In this document: piece by piece, positions 53,471 through 64,000 of the stretch
Numbering within the stretch: the first letter of the stretch is position 1
How the letters are laid out: the number at the start of each line of letters is the position of its first letter
Assembly: GCA_002269645.1 (NCBI GenBank)
Contig: NIVC01000857.1
Location: 62,001 to 126,000, forward strand
From: Macrostomum lignano
Taxonomy: Eukaryota
Length of the DNA stretch: 64,000 nt
Direction of reading: 5' to 3'
The notes under the pieces: generated by a model
Seen by the model: only the letters and a program-made list of their open reading frames with translations
Told to the model about the DNA's origin: nothing
Databases searched by the model: none
Translations under genes and position numbers: made by a program

Positions 53471-54301
53471 GACTTGTCACAGCCTGAACCTAGCAGCCTC
53501 AGCAAGTTAGTTTACAGACTATATTACTTCAAACACAGAAATTCACAGCCAAAAACTGGTAGTGCATTCGCAGACACAGAATTAGAAACGCCAACTTGTG
53601 CCCCACCCGATTCCAGTAGAGCCTGGGAGAGTCAAGAGCATCCTGAGCTACGAGTATTTAAATTCCAGTGTTTCAGAGGGTGTCAAACTTAAAGTAATTG
53701 TTAAATTGCCCCAACACTTTGTCCCGACCCAGCCCCCCCCCCCTCCAGGTTTAACTCGCTCGCTTTGCCCCCGGGGCTTGCGGGCTTGCGCAAAAAACCA
53801 GGCGAGTCTTGCTCCTAGAAGAAGAAGAACATCGAAAAAGAGAGCATCAGAAAGCCGCTGCGCCCGCGAGGCTTCTGGGTCAGACGGGTGTTGGGAGGGG
53901 ACTCTGATAAACCCTCTCTGACGCAACCGAACTCTTTCGAATGGAGCCTCACAGCGGGGTGCCTGCAGGCAGTCCGGTGACCGACCGCTTGCGCAGGTCC
54001 GGTTCGCACATTTTCATTCATTCCCTCTCGCGAGCGAATAACAGAAAGTTCTCCCTTCAAAACAGAGCGGGGTTCTGGTTGCCAGGTTATTGCAAATCGA
54101 ATATTACATTCCGAGCGAAAATAAACACAGAGGGACATTATTAAACTCTGAGGAAAATCCCATTGTTCTCCAAGCTTGTCAGTTAAAATCTGCATAGGAT
54201 TATAGTTGCCGGGAGCCCTGTTTTCACCTATACTCACTCAATTTGCGATGTTAATTCTATGAAACCGGTCAGCCAGGATAATTGATTGACAGCTCACTCA
54301 C

Positions 54302-56289
54302 CTTTGAGTTCGGACACTCCTTTCACAGCCTCGTCCGCGTGCAGCTGCAGCTGGTGCTGCTGCCGGTCCCTGGCGATGATGGCGGCAAAGTGCTCAAAAC
54401 TATCGCTGGTGCTGCAGAAATTCTGCTGGTATTGCTGCTGCTGCTGCTGCTGCTGCTCGAGCAGGAACTGGTGCCCGAGCTGCTGCTGGTGATGCAGCTG
54501 GTCCTGGTGATCTGCGGGTCAAAGCAGAAATTCGGTGTTGCAGCAGCTCAAGTCCCGAGCTCCCAGCCTCACTGCCCGCTCCACAGTCCTCTTTATAGCC
54601 TGCCAGCTGCGGGCCGAGCTCTCCGTGCTCCGCGGCCCGTGCCGGGAAGTCGAGGCCCCCCCTTGCCCCCCGGACTCCCAGCTCGAGCACGCCCGGCCGA
54701 GCGTGTGACTTCAAGCTCTGCTGGCTGCGACGGCCGGGAGTGTCGGACAGCTGGGGCAGCCTGCGGTGGTCAGCGGGGGTCCTCAGGGCAGGTTTGACGG
54801 GGCGGGGAGTCACAGCCCACTGGGTCTGAATGCTGCTGTCTCCAAGGCGCCCCCCCCCAGCCAGAAGGCCCAAAATCAAAGAGCAACATTTGTGTGGGCG
54901 ACGCGGCTGGCTGGGCGGGCAGCGGCTGCAGCAGCGCAGCGTGTCACGGTCCGGTTGCCACCCCCCCCTCAGCTCAAGATGGGCGAGACGGGTTGCTGGG
55001 AGAGCAAGGCATTCGCATTCCGCTGCCTTGGAGCGAGAATGAGCCCGGAGTTCCCTCGCAACAGCTCAGCCAGCGTCAATGGCACTTGGGCGATCGGCGA
55101 GGGGACTGGAGAGTCGTGTCAAGTGCCCCCCCCCCGAGCTCCTCAGGTGGCCGGGATCAGAGGCTCGCCCGCTTGGATAAGAAAATGAAAAGCCATCCAC
55201 AGGTGGAGAGGGATCTCATGATGTCAGCAGCCCCACAATTGAAATTTCTCTCCCAGCGGCACGGCAACCCCTCATGGAAGCAGTCCTATGCAGAAAAGAG
55301 TGGATTATCCGCTGCAGTTGCTTGCCTGCTTCTTCTAGAGGTAGGTAATTGAAATTTCTGCCTTAATTATTGATGCAGTACGCTCGTTAGTTGCTTAGGA
55401 GGCTGGGTTAGGTACGGAGATGAAGCCAGGGGGAATTCGCAGCCGGGGTCGCAGGATCGCTCAGCGGGTCTGCCGAGAGCAGGGGGAGATTGTGGGCAGC
55501 CAAGCAGATCGAGAAGCTGCAGCAGAGCTCAAATAGAGATGATGAGGCTGCATTGCGGAGGCTGGGGAGCCGACAGCTGCAGCATTGTTTCCTAGCGGGC
55601 TTCGCACGGAGAGTCGCTAGCGACAGCGGCAGCAGCAGCAGCAGCTTCCAGACCGAGCGCTGCTTTCAGCTCACAAAAAATCATTCGCTACCCCCCCCCC
55701 GACAGCAGCTGCCGAGCCTGCGCGCTTCCCACTGACTGCAGCGGCCGGCCCGGCATTGTCTGCCGCTGCTGCAGCCGCCCGGGCACCGAGCCCAGCCGAT
55801 GATCTCCAAACTGCATTCCCAGACACTCCACGGCCTGGGGGGGGAGGGCAAAGCCGGGACCGCTGAGGCGTTGCGGGGCCCCGTAACGGTATCTGCGGAC
55901 TGCGCGGGGTGCCGGGCTGGCGTGTGCTGCAGAAAAAGCTCCCCCTTTCTCTGGAGATATTTTTCTGTTTCCCAAAGCATCATTGAGAGTTCCCCGATCC
56001 TTGCCGCTTGGCTGACTCGCTGCATCCCAGCGCGGCAGTCAGCTGCCCCCGCCCCCCTCCGCCAGCTCCCGGGAGGCTTCGCGGCCGATTGATTTCGCGG
56101 ACGCAGCGCGGCGCATCGAAATGGGGATAATTCTCCCATCATTGGGACAATGGAGTGAGGAGGAAAAAGTGTATCAACTACAGTGAAAGCTCAGGCTTGA
56201 AGTAAAAAACACGGGAGCTCTCATGAGAGCAATACAGTTTTTTGGCTGACAAAAATGACTGGGATATGCAGATGTTACTCACGCAGCAT
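54302..56289 (-). CDS. Predicted distal 5' coding exons of Pax2/5/8 (right): complement(56283-56289, 54302-54511)
   Basis: ATG CTG C|GTGAGT conserved; 210-nt phase 1-1 exon with Q7 instead of Q5. Confidence 0.65.
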
Positions 56290-57711
56290 TGCGGCAGATT
56301 CCTTGCTCCCTGCTGTGCGAACCTGCAGCCCGGATGCGCCTGTCAGTCAGTCAGTCCTCGATCCGAGTATTTGAGTCCAGCAGCGACTTTCACTGCAGCG
56401 GCCTGTCTGTGTTTGGCCCCAATGCTGCTGGTCTGCGAATGCGTGCCGCACTTTATTCCTCACCGAGCTGTGGCCTGCCCCCCCACTTATCCTCGACCAA
56501 TCCGCGGGCTCCGGCGCCCCACCCCGCCCTCCGCCTCAAGAAGTTTGCCGCCGCCATTCACCCCCTCAGGCGGGTCAGCTGCCCCACTGAGAGTCAGGCT
56601 GGCCTCGCATGCGGGCTCGCCGCACAAATTAAACTCGAGTTGAGATTTGGACCGAGAGAGTTTGCTGCTCACAGCTCCCCCCCAAACCCCCTTTTTAATT
56701 GTTCCAAAATTTGCCGTCGGTCCGTTTTGCCAGTCTGACTGCCCGCCTGTCTGTTGTTGTGACTTTGAGTGTGTTGTAAATTAAATGCCCCCCTCCTGGC
56801 CAGCTCGCCCAGACCTCTCGGAGGATCAGGTGTGTAAAAGAATGCCAAAGCAAAGAGTTATAGAATTGAAACACGCAAGCTTATGCAGCCAGCTTTCCTT
56901 CTACTGGTTCACAAAAAAGACTACAACTACAAACAGCCACAATGGCGCACTCAGCTGACTGCTCCATTTTTCAGTGGACGGAATGCTTGGCAGAGATGCC
57001 AGCTACTTATTTATTTAGAAACTCCGCCTCACGCTTGCGAGACCCGTGGACTGTTGCAACAAACACTGACCGATCACAGTGCGCCACTTCCCACTGTTTA
57101 TAATCAGAATTTTTTAAATAAAGATCAGAAAGATGGAAAAAATGTGTTTATTGCAACAGACTTTTGAAGGCTTCCCTGGGGCTGCGTGCCACAGCAAGTC
57201 CTCATCTGTCTCGAATGCCAGTCTCTTCTTCCAGTGTTGCGCAACCGCTCAGACCCGAACCCTACTGCAGTGCGCGGCTTTATTCAACTCCATGCCGTGC
57301 TGGGGACACCTTGAAACACATTTTATATGCCATTGAACACGCGGGCAATGAACCGTGTCGTCGGAACACTTTTTCGAACTCTGAAATCAGTTTGTCACTC
57401 CCGGCCCCAGTGGTGACTCCAATTTCGGGTGCTTAATTGTATTCGAAGCGATCGAATATTTAGTTCGCACCAGGGCTGCATGAGGCTCTGCTAAGTGGCT
57501 GAACTCTGTTCCTAATTACAGTCATCAGAATTATGCAGTTTTTTTTTCAGACTGACGCCCCCAATTCACACCTGTGTGACATCCTCAACCCCATTATTGA
57601 ATTCAAGTGGATGGAGGAGCTGCGTTGAATTGATGGCGTGGAGTGAGTATGCGAGCTTGGAGGCTGAGTTAATACCTATATTATATATGTATTTATTAAC
57701 CACACACTATA

Positions 57712-58925
57712 TGAGAATATCATGAGACAGAGATAGACGGGTGAGATATGCGAGAAAATCATGAGACAATAAGATAGACAGGGTGAGATATCAGACAATA
57801 GCATGAGACAATGAGATAGACAGGGTGAGATATCAGACAATAGCATGGGATAATGAGATAGACAGAGTGAGATATCAAAGAATAGCATGGGATAATGAGA
57901 TAGACAGGGTGAGATATCAGACAATAGCATGAGACAATGAGATAGACAGGGTGAGATATCAGACAATAGCATGAGACAATGAGATAGACAGGGTGAGATA
58001 TCAGACAATAGCATGAGACAATGAGATAGACAGGGTGAGATATCAGACAATAGCATGAGACAATGAGATAGACAGGGTGAGATATCAGACAATAGCATGG
58101 GATAATGAGATAGACAGAGTGGGATATCAGAGAATAGCATGAGACAATGAGATAGACAGGGTGAGATATCAGACAATAGCATGAGAGAATGAGATAGACA
58201 GGGTGAGATATCAGACAATAGCATGAGATAATGAGATAGACAGGGTGAGATATCAGACAATAGCATGAGACAATGAGATGACAGGGTGAGATATCAGACA
58301 ATAGCATGGGATAATGAGATAGACAGAGTGGGATATCAGAGAATAGCATGAGACAATGAGATAGACAGGGTGAGATATCAGACAATAGCATGAGAGAATG
58401 AGATAGACAGGGTGAGATATCAGACAATAGCATGGGATAATGAGATAGATGGGGTGAGATATCAGAGAATAGCATGGGATAATGAGATAGACAGAGTGAG
58501 ATATCAGACAATAGCATGGGATAATGAGATAGACAGAGTGAGATATCAGACAATAGCATGGGATAATGAGATAGACAGAGTGGGATATCAGAGAATAGCA
58601 TGAGACAATGAGATAGATGGGGTGAGATATCAGAGAATAGCATGGGATAATGAGATAGACAGAGTGAGATATCAGAGAATAGCATGGGATAATGAGATAG
58701 ACAGGGTGAGATATCAGAGAATAGCATGGGATAATGAGATAGATGGGGTGAGATACCAGAGAATAGCATGGGATAATGAGATAGACAGAGTGAGATATCA
58801 GAGAATAGCATGGGATAACGAGATAGATGGGGTGAGATATCAGAGAATAGCATGGGATAATGAGATAGACAGAGTGAGATATCAGACAATAGCATGGGAT
58901 AACGAGATAGATGGGGTGAGATAGC
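57712..58925. repeat. 42-bp minisatellite, about 29 copies (mirror of 20120-22460, half as long)
   Basis: Direct read. Confidence 0.97.
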
Positions 58926-60954
58926 TAAATTCACAAACCTTCAGTTTATCTAGAAAAGGTTTGCTTAAAATACTGTTTTCGGCGGAGTCTGGGGCCCTCA
59001 TCGGGGCACATCTTCATCCCGAATCGCCACCCCCAGCTCGTAAAACTTGCCGGACACACAAAACCATCAATAGCAGTCCGCGAGCTCAGCTCAATCGAGT
59101 TCTCAGTGATTTATTGCCTACTCCCCGTCTTCTCGCGGGTTGCGCAATTCGAGCTCAGAGTCCGGCCGAGCACCGAGCCGCATTGCTCAGGGCACTGAGA
59201 TGCCGAATTGTTTGCGCAAACCGGGGCCCCGGATACTTGGGCGGGCGGGGAGAAGAGGGAAAAGCGGGGAGTTGAATTGGCGGAGACAAGAGGGGCGGGG
59301 CGGGCCCGGCGGGGGACAATGGAGTTCATAATTCGATTATCGAGTTGCGGGGCGCGAGACCCGGACTCCGCTCGGATCATTTGATACTCGGGGAGGCTGC
59401 AAAATCTTCATCGATTTCCCTGTGCGCTGCTGAACCGCCTCGCTTTGTTGCCAGCCCACGGCCAACTCCTGTGCTTGTTGCCGGACTGTCACTCTCACTG
59501 TCACTCTCACTGTCACTCTCATTTTCACTCTCACTGTAACTCTCACTGTCACTCTCATTTTCACTCTCACTGTCACTCTCACTGTTACTGTCATTTTCAC
59601 TCTCACTGTCACTCTCACTGTCACTCTCATTTTCACTCTCACTGTCACTCTCACTGTCACTCTTATTTTCACTCTCACTGTCACTCTCACTGTCACTCTC
59701 ACTGTCACTGTCATTTTCACTCTCACTGTCACTCTCACTGTCACTCTCATTTTCACTCTCACTGTCACTCTCTCTGTCACTCTCATTTTCACTCTCACTG
59801 TTAGTCTCACTGTCACTGTCATTTTCACTCTCACTGTCACTCTCACTGTCACTCTCATTTTCACTCTCACTGTCACTCTCATTTTCACTCTCACTGTCAC
59901 TGTCATTTTCACTCTCACTGTCACTGTCATTTTCACTCTCACTGTCACTCTCATCTTCACTCTCGCTTTCAGTGTCACTCACTGTCGCTCTTATTGTCAC
60001 TCTCACTGTCACTTTCATTGTCCCTCTCGCTCTCACTGCCACTCTTATTGTCACTATCACTCTCAGTGTCCCTAAGTGTCACTCTCGTTCCCGGTGTCAC
60101 TCAGCGTCACCATTGCTCTCAGAGTCACTCAATCTCACTCTCATTGTCACTCTCGCTCTCTAAGTCACTCAATTTCACTCACTGCCAGGCTCATTGTCAG
60201 TCTGGTTGTCACTCAATATTACTAACTTTCACTCTCACTGTCGCTCTTACTTTCACACTCGACGTCACTCCCAGTCGACCTCGCACGCAGGCCAACACCA
60301 GTGACTCTCCGTATCCCACTGCCCCGCTGCCCTCTCTCCCGCCCTGCCAAGAGGCCGTCAGTTTGCGAACAGCCACTTAAACTGACAAGCATTTTCGCGC
60401 CGCTCAATTACGGGCGCAGTTCCGCTCTCGCTGCTGTCCGCCCGGCAACCGGGAGTTCGATCTGCCCGCCGCGGCCTGCGGACGGATCGGGTTTCGCTCG
60501 GCCACCGGGCCGCCGTCAATCAATGAATAATACATGCCGGACACAAAACCGTTTACAGCTGCTAAGAGGAACTGCAACCGGGACGGGGGTTGGTGACAAA
60601 ATTTCAAAATTTAAGTAGCTCGAAGGGGGGGGGCAGTAAAAAACACGAACTCGAACCCAGGAAGACATGAAAAATGAAACAAAAGCTACGGTTTTTCCCG
60701 CGGGAAATCGAAACCGGACGGACGGAGCCTCCTTTGTTGCCGCAGCGGCGGCGCAGGACTTACTGGAATTCGAAGCTCATTCGGTCACAAGTGGCTCCGG
60801 GGTGGAAATTTGAGACTCGATGCTTGAGCGAACACACTTGCTCAGCTGTATAGGCTTGCAGATCAGTCTGGGGTCGTGGCGGCTACTCATAGTAGCAACG
60901 ATGATTTTTTCGGAGAAAAATTGCCATTATAATTTAATCACCACGATAATTTAT

Positions 60955-61562
60955 TCTGGGATCTGGGAGATTTGGGAGATCTGGGATCTGGGAGATCTGG
61001 GATCTGGGAGATCTGGGATCTGGGAGATCTGGGATCTGGGAGATCTGGGATCTGGGAGATCTGGGATCTGGGAGATCTGGGATCTGGGAGATCTGGGATC
61101 TGGGAGATCTGGGATCTGGGAGATCTGGGATCTGGGAGATCTGGGATCTGGGAGATCTGGGATCTGGGAGATCTGGGATCTGGGAGATCTGGGATCTGGG
61201 AGATCTGGGATCTGGGAGATCTGGGATCTGGGAGATCTGGGATCTGGGAGATCTGGGATCTGGGAGATCTGGGATCTGGGAGATCTGGGATCTGGGAGAT
61301 CTGGGATCTGGGAGATCTGGGATCTGGGAGATCTGGGATCTGGGAGATCTGGGATCTGGGAGATCTGGGATCTGGGAGATCTGGGATCTGGGAGATCTGG
61401 GATCTGGGAGATCTGGGATCTGGGAGATCTGGGATCTGGGAGATCTGGGATCTGGGAGATCTGGGATCTGGGAGATCTGGGATCTGGGAGATCTGGGATC
61501 TGGGAGATCTGGGATCTGGGAGATCTGGGATCTGGGAGATCTGGGATCTGGGAGATCTGGGA
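60955..61562. repeat. 16-bp minisatellite (ATCTGGGAGATCTGGG), about 38 copies (mirror of 17200-18086)
   Basis: Direct read. Confidence 0.97.
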
Positions 61563-64000
61563 ACGCACTCCTAAGTGCCTCTGCATCCCAAAATGTTTTT
61601 GATGAAAAGCTTGGCTCCCTATGAAGTGACAGCTTGAGCAGAAGTTTTTGATTGACAGCCTGGGGCCCCATTAGCAGGCAGCTCTCAAAAGCATTTTCCG
61701 CTGGAGTGAAAATTGCATCTTGTCCCCCCCCCCCAGCCAAGCCAGCCAGCTGCCTGGCCCCGCCATCTCGACCGGGGAATCGCCAGCCAGTCGCGCAGTG
61801 GCACAGTCTGCCTTCAGCGCGGCGTTGCCCTGCGAGAACTGGCGGAATTGCGAAATTGACCAAAAGTTCAGATATGACTGCAGCTTTTCTGTTAGGATTC
61901 GAAAAGCAATAAATCTATAGCTTCAGCATTACTGAAGTTGTTTCAACACAGAAAGTGGTTTCCCGGTGGTTCCCGGTGGTTCCCGGTGGTTCCCGGTGGT
62001 TCCCGGTGGTTCCCGGTGGTTCCCGGTGGTTCCCGGTGGTTCCCGGTGGTTTACCAAAAAACGATAAAGCCTAAGAGCGTTAGGATACTCCAGTGGAGTC
62101 CTCCTCTGCAGGGCAGCCTTCCTGAATGTTTTCTCCGATTCCGGTGCCACTCTGTCCTCATCCTCCCCGGAGACACCCGAGCTCCCCATCAAGTAGTGAG
62201 GCGAGAAACTCATCTATAATTTCTGTCGGCAGAAGGCGGGCAATCCCGGAGGAAGCGCGCGCCCGAGGGCAGGTGCCGCGGGCCGGAGTCGCCGCCGCCT
62301 CCTCCTCCTTGTCTTCGAGTGCTCGGGCAGCGAGCGTGGAGATCCCAGATTCTTCCCATGAGGGTTGGGGGGCTGCGGGCCCGCGGGGACGCCTCAGCAG
62401 CGGCCGCGCACTCCGCATCTCACTGCACTTTGGCGGCAGCATCTCCGAAAGTCGCCACCCCCCTCATCTCCGCCTCTCGGTTGGCCCGGCCTGCATATTT
62501 AATTAAAGCTCACAAGACGACGAGGGTCGCCACTCGGATGCCCCTGCGATGAAGGACCATTGAGAGCCCTGAGTAAGGGGGAGGGGGTGGCTGCATCGCA
62601 ACATCCAGATTCCCCGGCTGCCTGCCTCATCTTTAGCCTCCAGCCTCCCAGACTGAGATCTGCAGCAGGCCGTCCCAGCAGCAGCTTTCCCTCCAATCCG
62701 TCTGTCCGTCTCCCTGCTGCCCCACAATGCCCGCTCCCAGGGCTCTCTGGGATTGGAGAGCTGCGGCAGCCTGACAATCCGTGCGAAGGTTGGCCGGCCT
62801 GGCTGAGGATGGGGCGGGCGGGGCTCGGCACCTCAAATAGACGCATGGGCGCTGCCAGGCCGCGCTTGCAGACCTCAGCGACTTCGGAGACCTCAGCACC
62901 TCGGAGATCTCAGCACCTCGGAGACCTCAGCACCTCGGAGACCTCAGCAACCTCGGAGACCTCAGCACCTCGGAGACCTCAGCAACCTCGGAGATCTCAG
63001 CACCTCGGAGACCTCAGCAACCTCGGAGACCTCAGCAACCTCGGAGATCTCAGCACCTCGGAGAACTCAGAATCTCGGAGACCTCAGCAACCTCGGAGAT
63101 CTCAGCACCTCGGAGATCTCAGCACCTCGGAGATCTCAGCACCTCGGAGAACTCAGCACCTCGGAGACCTCAGAATCGCGGAGAGCTCGCAGACTTCGTC
63201 CCAGTAAAACGAAGTCCGGCACAGTTCGGTGAGTGTCACGGGCTCTCGAGCGGCAATACCGGAGAGAAGATGATGGAGCACAGGGGAGGCTGGGCTCAGC
63301 TCACCCTCAGTTCAGCGTGAGAAATTCTCAGCCAGAGTTGCAGACTGCGCAGCTGCCAGCTGAAACAGCGTGGCCAGAGGCGACTGGGGAGCACGAACTC
63401 GGGGGCTGAGAAGGAAATCTCAAACAGCCTCGGGGCCGCGGGCAGGCAGGAAATGCGCTGCAGCCGGGAGACAATGGCCGGCTGTTTGTCTCTTGAGCAA
63501 AAAAGATTTTTGCAGAGAAAAGTTTCTTTCTGGTTTGGCTCAGACTGCATAAGGAGACGATAAGTGCTCTCGGGGAGGCTGGGGATCCTCGCCTCCCCCC
63601 ATTGTTGCTGAGCTCGCGGGGGGGGGCAGGTAGGCAAATGGCTGGGAAACCTGAGTGCTGGGGAGCCGAGTGAGCAGCTCATCTCTCCCTGTTTTGATTT
63701 TCACTCGGCCCCGGAAAGATTGGCAAGCGGCAGTGGAGGCTCAGGGACTACTGCATCCACCTGGACTGGAAGCCCAGACGAGCGCTCACCCCAAAACCTT
63801 GGCCACATTGCATGAATAACAGGCTGCATTATGGTTGCACCATGGAGAGAATTGCTTTCAATTGCACTTCCTTTGCACCGGATTCTTTTCCACTCTTCTA
63901 CAATGCTCTCAGACAAAGTTGGCTTGTTTTTGGCAAATCGATAAGCCAAACATCCCCGACGGATCAATGCTGGTGCAGTCGGGTTTTCGACCTACTATGA

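Larger units (their letters stand above)
40930..64000 (-). repeat. Right arm of giant inverted duplication (at least 23 kb; continues past the window end)
   Basis: Reverse complement of 14757-39400; the last 50 bases match the left arm from 14757 exactly. Confidence 0.97.

Overview
Eukaryotic (animal) genomic DNA with GC-rich exons and introns and intergenic DNA packed with minisatellites. The style suggests a free-living flatworm such as Macrostomum, but that is inference only. Genes in order: last coding exon of UMP synthase (OMP decarboxylase domain, +); a 3-exon DEG/ENaC channel (-); a 2-exon glutaminase with ankyrin repeats and a GC-AG intron (+). A giant inverted duplication then fills the rest of the window: left arm about 14757-39400, right arm about 40930-64000 and running off the window end. 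Each arm carries a Pax2/5/8 gene convergent with a GATA1/2/3 gene: Pax(+) GATA(-) | 415-N gap | GATA(+) Pax(-). The arms are a mosaic. They are near-identical except for a sharply bounded ~8 kb diverged block (23.0-31.0 kb vs 49.4-57.2 kb) that coincides with the Pax2/5/8 alternative promoters and 5' exons. Manual splice reconstruction gives at least three alternative phase-1 N-termini feeding one paired-box exon, and one of these exons is missed by the ORF track. Whether the palindrome is real or two haplotypes/homeologs scaffolded head-to-head cannot be settled from sequence alone. No CRISPR array, rRNA, tRNA or recognisable transposon was found.
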